From assembly GCF_004010195.1 (NCBI RefSeq), contig NC_057718.1, forward strand, positions 30,386,045 through 30,450,044: a stretch of DNA of 64,000 nucleotides, in the 5' to 3' direction. The notes below the pieces were generated by a model. That model was not told the DNA's origin and ran no database searches. It saw nothing but the letters and a program-made list of their open reading frames with translations. Position 1 is the first letter of the stretch, and each line of letters starts with the position of its first letter. Source of the DNA: Chiloscyllium plagiosum. Taxonomy: Eukaryota. Shown piece by piece: positions 37,408-49,620 of the stretch. The translations under genes and the position numbers were made by a program.

Positions 37408-39092
37408 GTTTCTACTTGAGAAAATGGAATAGTGAGGATTGAAATAATCTTGAGTGCATTTTTAATAATGTGATTTTTGGTCTATATTTTTGCTAATCTA
37501 AATTTACTTAATTTATTTGTATTATATGAAATTAATATGCAGTTGTTTGGGAACCATGAAAAGGATTTCGGTCTCAAAATGATGTAATAGTTTTTCAGGC
37601 AATCTTTAAAAAAAAGCTTTTTAATTAGGAAATATTTTGCAATTCTTCATAAAGCAATATTAGAGTCATAATCAGAATTCCACGTATGCGAGCAGGAAAA
37701 AATATGATCTTTGCTTTATGTATTACGATATGTTATTTGGAAAGCTGAAAAAGTAATTCAACAGTGGAAGGATTAAAGTCCAGCTCGAGTGATGTATGAG
37801 GTACCTGTCATTCATTTACGTCCAAGGATTTTCTGAGAAGATTCTCCTACGGTTTTAGCCACACTTCATTTTAAAAAGATTGTTGCCGCATAAATGAGCT
37901 CCCACTGCTGAACTTATTGCATTAGCCTTGTGGAAGCAAATCAGTTGCATAGTTCAACTACGTCATTCATTTTGCTGCAGCTTGAAAATTATAACTAAAT
38001 ATATTTTAAATATTATAGCAGATCCCAGAGCTGTGATTGCATTTGAGTGGGGAAACAATAGATTTTCATAATGTTTTGCCATACATTGAGCTTTGCTAAT
38101 ACCCCTTATAACTAAACATTATACTTTTGTTTACTCATTACTTCAGGTTTGGGGTCAGACATCTTTTATAAAATAGTTGACAGAATATACTAAGCAGGCA
38201 ATTTTGGATGTTCATTCACAATCCTTCTTGGAGTCTGATGTAATTTTTCATGTTGAATTGTTTATACGCTTCATAGGACTAAAATATGTGCCAATAAGAA
38301 ATTAATCTGCCTGTTTTAATTTCTTTGGAATTTGTTTTTCTCTGCAGCTCCTCATTGCGAGAGTTCACTTTGCGTTGTAGGGCTGTTTTAGCCTTTTAAA
38401 AATGTAACATCTGAGCATTTAAACTTGGTTACACTTTATTCTACCAGAAAATTGTGAATTGCATGAACTATTTTTTTCAATAAGAGTCTGATTAAACTAA
38501 TGACAAGTGCAATGCATAACAGAATAGCAAATTTTTCAGACTTCGTGCACTACTGTAAGCTTTGACCTTGTTCTCTCTTTTATTCATCTGGTGGCTGCAT
38601 ATGAGGAGATTAAATATAATGTAGGCGTTTGGATGACAGCAAATGACTTTACTTTTATATTGCTATGATAACCATGTGTTCATTTGAGATTGTTTTAAAA
38701 ATATGTCAGGTAGGGATTTTAGCCTTGAGTGTAGAATTTAAGTGCAAACTTAATTTTTCTGTTAATGTTGCCTGCAGTGAGTTTAAGATGGATTAATTCT
38801 TTTAGTAAGGAACTACAGTTTCCAGTGTTACATTATATCTTCTGATCTTTTATTATTATTTGCTTTTTCAGTTTTTGATTATGCATACCAAGTTGAGGGA
38901 TTTCAGTGGAGAACAGAACCTCCTTTTGAATATGCTTTTCATTGTCTACATAGTGCTCTCAAGTCACAGATAACAGGATGAAGTTCTGTCAACTGTGTTC
39001 AACAATGTGCTTTAATCAGAATCTCCGAATACTACCTTTGAAAACCATTGTGCCACTTACCAATTTCCACACTAGCCATCTATATTATTCTG

Positions 39093-39498
39093 GGAGAAAG
39101 TGAGGGCTGCAGATGCTGGAAATCAGAGCTGAAAATGTGTTGCTGGAAAAGTGCAGCAGGTCAGGCAGCATCCAAGGAACAGGAGAATCGACGTTTCGGG
39201 CATAAGCCCTTCTTCAGGAATGAGGAAAGTGTGTCCAGTAGGCTAAGATAAAAGGTAGGGAGGAGGGACTTGGGGGAGGGGCGTNNNNNNNNNNNNNNNT
39301 CTTCCTGACCTCTCCGCCCCCACCCCAGTCTGACCTATCACCCTCACCTTGACCTCCCTCCACCTATCGCATTTCCAATGCCCCTCCCCCAAGTCCCTCC
39401 TCCCTACCTTTTATCTTAGCCTGCTGGACACACTTTCCTCATTCCTGAAGAAGGGCTTATGCCCGAAACGTCGATTCTCCTGTTCCTTGGATGCATCC
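39093..39498. mobile_element. Inverted pair of PLE terminal repeats around a 15-N gap
   Basis: Minus pLTR 39093-39284, plus pLTR 39300-39494; HHR ctgaaga..gaaacgtc at 39445-39472; direct repeat ATATTATTCTG at 39082-39092 / 39499-39509. Confidence 0.88.
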
Positions 39499-41179
39499 AT
39501 ATTATTCTGTTGTCTGAGAATTTTTAATACTATACTCCAAAGTATGACACACAAAGCCCAGTATAGATTTCTCAATTCTTTACCCTTATTGCACAGTTTT
39601 GACCAAAATTTCCATTAAACCAGTTGACCTGATAGCCAGATCCATGTCATAAGCTGTTATGCTGTCATCATTTGTGCTGACAAATCCTTTGTTGTACAAT
39701 ACATCAAATTAACAATCTTTTTTCTGACTGTGCTTTTCTGAATTGTATCAGGACATTTTGCAATGTCGGAGGTTTTATAGACATGCAAGTTGTTAATGTA
39801 TAATGTACTGACAAGTAAATAAGGATCTGGTTCCGAAGAATCTGCCAGGTCGTAACGTTTGAGTTGTAATTTATTTGCTGAGTACATGGTTAATGCTATC
39901 TAATCAGAGAGGTGCGGTCAGGAAACCTTTTGGATGAGGAAGTGTTGAATAGGTCAGTTTAATTACAGGGTGCCCTCACTTGTGCTGGAGCTAAAATATG
40001 CACCATCAGCAAAGAAGTTGCTATAACCTCGTCATCTTTATAGGAGCATTGGTGAGGTTTCCTGAAGCTGAATAAGTTTCATTTTTTTAGCTGCATATGT
40101 AGACAGTCTGTTTACGTAGTTGGGGTACTCGGTTAATGATTGCAAATGTTTGGTCTACTCCATATATAAGTTAGACTGTCTTTCTTGCATAAAATTGTTT
40201 CAGTGCACATCACCACCTGGAGGAAGAAAATCTATTTCACTGACTGACCACTGCATTAACTAAAAATAAAAATCTAATAAGCCAGATTTAATTCTGGATT
40301 CTGACTTGTTCAGTAGTGCAATCAGTTGGGAGCATAACATTAGCACATCAAAATGAAGGCAGTGATGCATAACACCCATGTCACATAGCATGTGAAACAT
40401 CTACTGTAGTAGTGGAGAAAATGGAACCAGGATAACGTCTGTCTTCCAACTCATGGTTATAGCTGGTGCTATTGATTTTGAGAAAGGAAAAGAACATGGG
40501 ACTGTATATATTATTCCATGAGAAGCTCAAGAGCAGCAAATAGCTAACAACTGTGCTCAACCCAAGTTCACCAACATTTCCCATCGTGTGTGGACTATCA
40601 TCTGATGTAGTCATAAAGTGAAGGCTTTATGTTTACAGTTTTTTGTTTCAGAATAAAAGAAAGTATGTGACGTCCCCAATAGCTTATGGATTCCGTTTTG
40701 ATATGCACTGATGATTAATCCCAATGATACAAACATATATGTGAAGAACAGATTTTGAATGAGCAATCTTTTAGACCTCAAGACTTTGACTATGAAATAA
40801 TGAACAAATTTGTATTAACAGTAATTGAGTAAGTAATAAGTAGAAAATTGAAACAGGTGTGTTGTATTAGTATAGTGGGGATTTGCCTTGGAACATAGTA
40901 AATAGCTTATGACCAACTCTGCTAAATTAAAGCCTGAAGTAAAAAAATGAGACCAGAGACAAGTTTTTTTTTCAAGAATACCTATTATCTGCCTATAAAA
41001 CTGTAGAAAAAGGTCCACAATAACTACTGAATATGTTTATTGATCAACTAGCACAGATCAAGGACTGAATAACTGATAGAAGGCAGAAATTTAGGGTGAG
41101 GGATATGGAGCATTTTCAGGATGGCAACCTGTGCTGGGGCTAAAATTGTTTACAATTTATATTAATGCCTCGGATTCAC

Positions 41180-42334
41180 CCGCATGGGCCCCAGCTAGGA
41201 TATGTGGAACAGTCCATCTTCCGCAGCTACACTGGCACCACACCCCACCTTTTCTTCCGCTACATCGATCACTGTATCGGCACTGCCTCGTGCTCCCACG
41301 AGGAGATTGAACAGTTCATCCACTTTACCAACACCTTCCACCCTGACCTCAAATTCACCTGGACCATCTCAGACTCCTCCCTCCCCTTCCTAGACCTTTC
41401 CATTTCTATCTCGGGCGACTGAATCAACACGGACATTTACTATAAACCGACCGACTCCCACAGCTACCTAGACAACACCTCCTCCCACCCTGCCCCATGT
41501 AAAAACGCCATCCCATATTCCCAATTCCTTCGTCTCCGCCGCATCAGCTCCCAGGAGGACCAGTTCCAATACTGTACAACCCAGATGGCCTCCTTCTTCA
41601 AAGACCGCAATTTCCCCCGAGACGTGATCGACGATGCCCTCCACCACATCTCCTCCACTTCCTGCTCCTCCGCCCTTGAGCCCTGCCCCTCCAANNNNNN
41701 NNNNNNNNNNNNNNNNNNNNNNNNNNNNNNNNNNNNNNNNNNNNNNNNNNNNNNNNNNNNNNNNNNNNNNNNNNNNNNNNNNNNNNNNNNNNNNNNNNNN
41801 NNNNNNNNNNNNNNNNNNNNNNNNNNNNNNNNNNNNNNNNNNNNNNNNNNNNNNNNNNNNNNNNNNNNNNNNNNNNNNNNNNNNNNNNNNNNNNNNNNNN
41901 NNNNNNNNNNNNNNNNNNNNNNNNNNNNNNNNNNNNNNNNNNNNNNNNNNNNNNNNNNNNNNNNNNNNNNNNNNNNNNNNNNNNNNNNNNNNNNNNNNNN
42001 NNNNNNNNNNNNNNNNNNNNNNNNNNNNNNNNNNNNNNNNNNNNNNNNNNNNNNNNNNNNNNNNNNNNNNNNNNNNNNNNNNNNNNNNNNNNNNNNNNNN
42101 NNNNNNNNNNNNNNNNNNNNNNNNNGACCTCCCTCCACCTATCGCATTTCCAACGCCCCTCCCCCAAGTCCCTCCTTCTCTAGCCTGCTGGATACACTTT
42201 CCTCATTCCTGAAGAATGGCTTATGCCCGAAACGTCGATTCTCCTGCTCCTTGGATGCTGCCTGACCTGCTGCGCTTTTCCAGCAACACATTTTCAGCTC
42301 TGATCTCCAGCATCTGCAGTCCTCACTTTCTCCC
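41180..42334 (+). mobile_element. Penelope-like element (RT + gap + pLTR) inserted in a + strand CR1 fragment (41090-41178, 42336-43620)
   Basis: GYVEQSIF..FFRYIDHCIG..LPFLDL (YIDD mutated to YIDH); HHR at 42209-42236. Confidence 0.9.
41695..42125. other. Assembly gap (431 N); a second 15-N gap at 39285-39299
   Basis: N runs in the sequence. Confidence 1.
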
Positions 42335-42847
42335 TGAGAATATACAATTCCCAAGTTTGAGGATGATGCAAAAATAGGTGGAAAGACTAGTGTTGAGGAT
42401 GGCAAAGGATAAGCAGAGAGATATAAACAGGTGAAGTGAATGGTCAAAATCTTGGCAGAGGAATATAATGTGGGAAAATATCAGGTTATGTACATTGGTA
42501 GGATGAATAAAGTAGCTAAATATTATGTAAATTTTATATTAATTAACTAGAGAAAGACTGTAGAACCTGCAACATAGAAGAATTGGGGCTCGTTGTGCAC
42601 TAATCTCAAATAGCCACCAAGTTCATCAGACAATAAGGATGGCTAAAAGGTATACACGATTCTCGGAGAACTTAACCAAGTAGATGTGAAGGTGTTGTTT
42701 CCCCTTGTGGGAAAGTCTAGAACCAGAGGGCATAATCTCAGAATAGGGGTCACCCATTTAAAACTGTTCAGGATGCATTTCTTCTGTGTGTTATGGATCT
42801 GCGAAATTCTTTTATCACAGAAGGTTATAGAGGCTGGGTTTGAATTG

Positions 42848-43191
42848 TAGAATCCCTACAGTGGGAAAGCAAGCCATTCAGCCCATCCAGTCCACACTGA
42901 CCCTCTGAAGAGCATCCCATCCAACTCCACCCATCCTTTTGACCCTGCTTTCCCCGTGGCTAATCCACATAGTTTACACATCCCTGAACACTATGGGCAA
43001 TTTATCTTGGCCAATCTACCTAACCTGCACATCTTTGGACTGTGGGAAGAAATGGGAGCACTCGGAGGAAACCCATGCTGACACAGGGAGAATGTGCAAA
43101 CTCCACACAGATAGTAGCCTAAGAGTGAAATCAAACCTGGGTCTCCTGGTGTTCTGAGGTAGCAGTGCTAACCACTGAGCAACTGTGCCGC
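42848..43191 (-). mobile_element. Full-length HE1/V-SINE-like SINE
   Basis: tRNA-like head (gcggcacagttgctcagtggttagc), V core, CR1-like tail. Confidence 0.88.
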
Positions 43192-44782
43192 AAAGATATT
43201 CAAAGCTCATGTGGACAAATTTGTAATCAGTAAAGGAATCAAGGTAGTGGGAGAAAGGCAGAAAAGTTAGTTGAGTATTACCAGATCAGCCATGATTTTA
43301 TTGAATGGTGGCACAGACTCGATGGGCTGAATGTTTATTTTCTTATGGAATCTTGATTTTTAGTGCAAAGAGAATTCAGCATAAGGATAGATATAGACGG
43401 ACTTTGCTATGAGGAGAGGTTCAGTAGGTTGGCTTGTATTCATTGGTGTTTAGAAAAATGAAAGGCGACCTTATAGAAAACTGCAAAATTCTTGAGAACT
43501 TGACAGGATGGTCCATGCCAAAAGGTAATTTTCACCTTCAAGACAGGTTAGGACCAAAGAGCGTAATCTCTGAATAAAGGGACACACATTTAAGACAGTC
43601 CAGAAATCAAAATTGGAACCTGCCTGAAAATTTGAAGTAGCCCAGACTGTTCTCTGGCGGAGTTTCACAGAGGATATTGCATATACTTCCTTCCCACCTT
43701 TGTTGGGAGAATGATGGGGGTGGTGGAAAATAAATTTGTATTTTGTTATCAATATATTTTGTTAAATGGACATAAAATTGCTTTGGTGTACTGTAAATGT
43801 AGGATGCAAAGTACTGTAAGAAAAATTCAATTTAAGTAACTTTTCAAACATAGTCCGGTATAACTGAAGGTTTTCTTGGGTGATCTGTTGTCACCACTAT
43901 TTGTTAAAATTCATGTCCCTTCTAAGGCAATGGGATTCTTTAACCTTTAAATGTTACTGATTTGTTTCAAGGGCATTCAATTATTTTTAAAGGCATCAGG
44001 GAAATAGAAAATGAGTTTTAAGCTTTCTTCTTGCTTCTCATTTTAAAAAAATTGACACACACAGTTTTTTTCACATTCATGCAACCACCTACCCTAGCAG
44101 GTTTCAGAGCTCTTTGTTATTGTAATATATCACTCTCTACCTCACCACAGAAACCTGCATCATTGACAATGAACTGTTTCTTCACTTTTCTTTCTCAGCA
44201 GAGTTGTTGCTTTGTAAATTGACTGCATTTCAGAACTAATAGGTAAACAGTTTATTTTCCTCTGTGCCGCATCTGCCATGTTTTCTTGTGTCCAATACTT
44301 CCCTGAAGCTGCATGAAGTGCCTTTATTCAGACTTCAGCAGTGAATGCAAATTGCCATAAACATGTGACTTTAATCTCTGCAATTGCCATTAACTCCTCA
44401 TGTTGGATACCCCTTTTTTATGCCATCTGCTTTATAGTGATATAAAGGTAATCATATTGTAACATCAAATCCTGAAGATATGAACTTGGATCAGTCCTTG
44501 GCCTCTCAGGAGAATATCACAATGTACTGAAATTGTTTGACCTTGTGCTTCCAGTGGGCCAGAACAAAACTCTGATATTTTTGCAGTTGCTTTGTTTCCA
44601 AATCTCCAAACTTTTAAGACCCTCTGTTTTCACCTTTTAACTATTGTTTAGGGACTATGGATTAAGAACTGGTAAACACAACATTTTGTTGCTATTTTGA
44701 CAGTTGTGCTTTGGCATTGATTAAGACTAATTTGATCTGTTGCTTCCCTCAGTTTACTTTCCTTATTGAGACATAACCTACA

Positions 44783-46080
44783 ATGTTGTGGTTCTGTTTG
44801 CCGAGCTGGGAATTTGTGTTGCAGATGTTTCGTCCCCTGTCTAGGTGACATCCTCAGTGCTTGGGAACCTCCTGTAAAGCACTTCTGTGATGTTTCCTCC
44901 AGCATTTATAGTGGTTTGTTTCTGCCGCTTCCGGTTGTCAGTTCCAGCTGTCCGCTGTAATGGCCGGTATATTGGGTCCAGGTTGATGTGTTTGTTGATA
45001 GAATCTGTGGATGAGTGCCATGCCTCTAGGAATTCCCTGGCTGTTCTCTGTTTGGCTTGTCCTATAATAGTAGTGCTGTCCCAGTCCAACTCATGTTGCT
45101 TGTCAACTGCGTGTGTGGCTACTAAGGATAACTGGTCGTGTCGTTTCGTGGCTAGTTGGTGTTCATGGATACGGATTGTTAGCTGTCTTCCTGTTTGTCC
45201 TATGTAGTGTTTTGTGCAGTCCTTGCATGGTATTTTGTACACTATGTTGGTTTTGCTCATGCTGGGTATTGGGTCCTTTGTCCTGGTGAGTTGTTATCTG
45301 AGAGTGGCTGTTGGTTTGTGTGCTGTTATGAGTCCTAGTGGTCGTAGTAGTCTGGCTGTCAGTTCAGAAATGTTCTTGATGTATGGTAACGTGGCTAGTC
45401 CTTTGGGTTGTGGCATGTCCTCATTCCGTTGCCTTTTCCTTGGGTATCTGTTTTTGGCGAATACATTGTAGAGGTGTTCTTCTTCCTCTTTTTGCAGTTC
45501 TGGTGTGCTGCAGTGTGTTGTGGCCCTTTTGAACAGTGTCTTGATGCAACTTCTTTTGTGTGTGTTGGGGTGGTTGCTTTCATAGTTCCAGGACTTAGTC
45601 TGTGTGTGTGGTTTTCCAGTATACCTTTGTGGTGAATTCTCCGTTCGGTGTTCTCTGTACCATCACGTCTAGGAATGGGAGTTGGTTGTCCTTTTCTTCC
45701 TCTCTAGTGAATCTGATTCCTGTGAGTGTGGTGTTGATGATCCGGTATGTGTTTTCTATTTCTGTGTTTTTGATGATTACAAAGGTGTCATCTACATATC
45801 TGACCCAGTGTTTGGATTGAATTTGCGGTAAGACTGTTTGTTCTAATCTTTGCTTCTGCTGAGTCCAGAGATGGGTGAGCCCATGGGTGTGCCGTTGATT
45901 TGTTCATATATTTGGTTGTTTGAATGTGAAGTGTGTTGTGAGGGACAGGTCCAGTACTTTGAGTATGCAGTCTTTGTTGATAGGTTCCCCATCTTGTTGT
46001 CTGTTCTGTATGTCCAGCAGGTTGGCTATTGTTTCTCTGGCTAGGGTTTTGTCGATAGAGGTGAACAGTGCTGTTACATC
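44783..46080 (-). mobile_element. Penelope/Poseidon-type PLE, 5'-truncated (RT + open GIY-YIG frame + pLTR)
   Basis: DVTALFTSID, GTPMGSPIS, RYVDDTF; ORF 44841-45260 (IVYKIPCKDCTKHYIGQTGR..REFLEAWHS); HHR at 44821-44860. Confidence 0.93.
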
Positions 46081-46599
46081 TCTCAATATTGTGAGACTAA
46101 TATGTGAGGCTTGTGTAATTCTGCTTCATTGCATCAAGTTAGGCTCTCCCCCAAGTTTTTCTTTAAAAATACTATGTTAACGTATAAATATGTTTGCATA
46201 TGGCACTTTCCATCCCCATCCCTGCAGCCCTGCATTTTTCTCTCATTTCAAATGGCTATTAATTAATTCTGTTTTGAAAGCTGTGATTGTTCCTGCTTCC
46301 AAATAATGCATTCCTGATTCCAAATAATGCATTCCTGATTCTAATTACTTATCGCATTTTTCCTCATCTTGCAACTGGTTCTTTTTGCCACTCACCATTG
46401 TTATTGGTGTCTTCAGTTCTTAACACTCCTGACAGTGAAAATCATTTCTTTTTATTCACTCTCTCTGGACCCATCATGAATTTAAACATTTCTATCAATT
46501 CTCCTCACAATATTATTGAAGGTGAAAGACAAAAGTTTCTCCAAAATAGCCATGTACAAGTCTATCATTGCTGAAACGACTATCTTTAAAGCCTTCACA

Positions 46600-46735
46600 G
46601 CCATGCTAAATTGCCCGTAGTGTTAGGTGTAGGGGTAATGGGTCTGGGTGGGTTACGCTTCGGCGGGTTGGTGTGGACTTGTTGGGCCGAAGGGCCTGTT
46701 TCCACACTGTAAGTAATCTAATCTAATCTAATCCT
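46600..46735 (+). mobile_element. HE1-like SINE 3' half
   Basis: gccatgctaaattgcccgtagtg...gggccgaagggcctgtttccacactgt, followed by (taatc)n. Confidence 0.8.
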
Positions 46736-47515
46736 AAAGTGTAATGTTTAGAATTGGAGCATGTTTCATAAAGGTTCATCTCTCTCTACAGGTGCTGCCT
46801 GACTTGTTAAGATTCTCTAGCACCCACAGTACTTTACTTTTGTTATGTTCTTATGTTCTTATTGATCATAACATCTTGATTTTGTACCCTGTGCTTCTCT
46901 TTAAAATGTCTAGAAATTCAATTAATTAAAGATATTTGGATAAAAGACACAGTTTATTCAAATTTTTTGTCTTGCACTCATTGCAACATTCTGTCTGAAA
47001 AGAGTATGAATTGGATAGTAAATAGACTCTGAATAGTAGAAGCATTTCCATGGATAATGCATCAGTTATATGAGGACTGACAGTTAACTGTCAAGCTTTG
47101 CTTACAGTCAGTTGTAATCTAAATGGTACATTCTCCATTGCAACACATATCATTCAAAATCTATTTGACAACTAACATGTTCTTTTCTCACACAGTACAA
47201 AATGTTGTTCCCTTTACAATGATACTTATACAAGTAATCAGATAAGTGCAAAAAGAAAAGCTTTGACACAATGTATTTTCTTCAGTAGTCCAAGTACTTT
47301 AACAACCTGACACCTTCAATATGAAGGGGTTTATGAACTTGTTCTTATTATGTTTGCTGTATTCCCAACAAGAATTATTATTCAGGTTATGTACTCTTAG
47401 ATTCATCTTTATAATTTAATTGACTATTTCCCTTAAATTTACGCAGGGGTCAGATTTTACTTTGTTGATACTTAATAGCAAAGTATTGGAGTAAGTTCAA
47501 CTTCTCCTTCCACAT

Positions 47516-48400
47516 TTGATTTGACTTATGATTGTCACATGTACTGAAGTACAGTCTGTTCTGATATAACACTATAGTTCTGTTCCCATGTTATAAGAAA
47601 ATTGCGTAATAGCAGCATCATTTAAACAAATGGGATCAGAGTTGCATTATAGCTAATATTGGTAAGGAAAGTTCACATTCTACAAATAATGGTCTACATT
47701 CTTTAATTGCATTATAGCCAATTTACATTGAAGAAACGTGCATTGTAGCAGAACCGACTGTACTGTGAAAAGTTTTGTTTTGCGTGCAGTACAGACAGAT
47801 CATAGGGTGATTGAACAGAGCTAGGCATGCAAAGTTACAGCTGTACAGAAGGTGTAGAAACAGCAGGATCAACATTAGGTTTGAAATTTGAGAGGTCCAT
47901 TCAGCAGTCTGATAACAATGGGGAAGAAGCTGCTCTTGAACTTGTTGGTATGTGTGTTTAAGCTTTTGAATCTTCTACCTGATGGAAGAGGTCGGAAGAG
48001 ATTATAACTGCGGTGGGAGGGGTCTTTGATAATGTTGGCTGCCTTTCTGCAGCAACAAGAAGTGTAAATGGAGTCAGTAGATGGAAGGTTGGCTTGTGTG
48101 ATGGTCTGAGCTGTGTTCACAAATTTCTGTAGTTTCTTACTGTCTTTGGCAGTTCAGTTACTGTACCAAGCTATGATGCATCCAGATAGAATGTATTCTG
48201 TAGTGTACCAATAAAAGTTGGTTAGGGTCCTTATGGACGTGCTGAATTTTCTTAGCTTCCTGAGGAAGAAGAGGCATTGTTGTGCCTTCTTTTCTGTCAC
48301 TTCAACATAGGTGGTCCAGGAGATGTTGTTGGTTATCGTCACACCTGGGAGCTTGACACACGGGACCATATTCACCTCAAAATTCCCAATTGTCTCTTTC
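47516..48400 (-). mobile_element. Rex1/Babar-type LINE 3' fragment
   Basis: KKAQQCLFFLRKLRKF..ILSGCIIAWY (48154-48402) and IIKDPSH..LPSGRR..SFFP..IRLLN (47875-48120), typical of the Rex1/Babar RT C-terminus. Confidence 0.82.
47552..47760. mobile_element. Tc1/mariner (Tigger-like) MITE in the Rex1 3'UTR
   Basis: TIR CAGTCTGTTCTGATATAAC vs reverse complement of right end CAGTCGGTTCTGCTACAAT; TA at 47550-51 and 47761-62. Confidence 0.78.
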
Positions 48401-48469
48401 AACTGTTAGACCGAGGTTGATAGAAAGCATGTACCAGCTTTTTGTGCTTAACAAGAAATCACTACTTTA

Positions 48470-48785
48470 AGACCTTAAGACATAGGAACAGAATAGACCA
48501 TTCAGCCCATCAAGTTTGCTCTGCCATTCAAAGAGATCATGGCGGACCAGATAATCCTCAACTTCACTTTCTTGGCTTTTCCCCATAACCCTTCATTCCC
48601 TCACTGATTAGAAATCTATCCATCCCAGCCTTGAATATACTTCATGGCCCAACCTCAACAGCCCTCTATAGTAAAGACTTTCACAGATTCACAGCCTTCT
48701 GAGAGAAGCAATTCCCTCTCACTCTGTCTTAAATGTGTGACCCCTTATTCTGAAATTATACTGTCTTTCTTGGACTCTTCCACAA
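48470..48785 (-). mobile_element. CR1 3' end
   Basis: taagaccttaagacataggaacagaatagaccattcagccc tail, same family as 12790-13315. Confidence 0.75.
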
Positions 48786-49392
48786 GTCACCCATCTGGCT
48801 TCAACTTCATCAGAAGGTCATCAGCAATGTCCAATAAAGCAAATTACAAATTATGGCTTCAAGCAATCTTTACCATTACATTATGTACATCAGTTGCCTC
48901 CTTGTCATGTTTCTGAATGAATGTAATCACACCAAGGCATGTACAAGTGTCACCTGAGCTTTCCATTTCAGAAAGATGGTCCACTGAAAGCACTGGAAGA
49001 CAATGCAGCCACTACATTCACATACTGAATTGTAATTATGCAGAAACATTGTCAGTGATGTGCAAGGGAGCTTTTTCTTTTCGTGAGGTTTGGGAGTTGG
49101 CAGAATTCTATTCCTACAGTATAGTAAGGAAACTTTGGTTGTTCAATGTACATTTTATAGGGTTACATACTTCAGAGCTGCTTATGAAGGCAAGACATTG
49201 ACCTCGTTAAGAAGTATCTGTCATACAGTGTAACAATGTAATATGAAGCTTTATTGTAATGAATGTGAGAGTTCAGGAGTCCCTGGACATTACCACAGCT
49301 GAGCCCTTGTGGCCTTGCTTCAAATCTGAAGACAGCATGGAAGGAGACAGCAATAACAACTTTGTCAGCAAGAACTGTACCCTCAGAAACGC

Positions 49393-49620
49393 CTGCTGGG
49401 AGACTTGAGGGTACGTTGTCAAAACACAGCTCATGAAACCTTTACAAAACTCCCGGATTAATGCGAAATGAATATGCAAAGCTGCTCACACTTTGACCAG
49501 GGCCACAGCGAGATAGGCCATAGCTCTCCTTAAAGTGGATTTTTGATGCCTGGGCAGCTCCAATAGAACCTTGTAACATATATGTCTCACTTCACTGTGG
49601 CGTGATGTACCTTTCAGTAC
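49393..49620 (+). pseudogene. PIF/Harbinger (DDE_Tnp_4, HARBI1-like) transposase relic
   Basis: Manual translation with one frameshift: LLGD/GYVVKTQLMKPLQN...AAHTLTRATAR*AIALLKVDF*CL, matching the Harbinger LLGDxGY..LMTP..H..TR..E..IG.LK.RF.CL pattern. Confidence 0.7.

Noticed and set aside
41464..42265. Long ORFs of 189-226 aa
   Set aside because: Artefacts of translating through the N gap.
44760..46100. TSD for the 44783-46080 PLE
   Set aside because: Only a 6-bp tgagac match at uncertain boundaries; not convincing.
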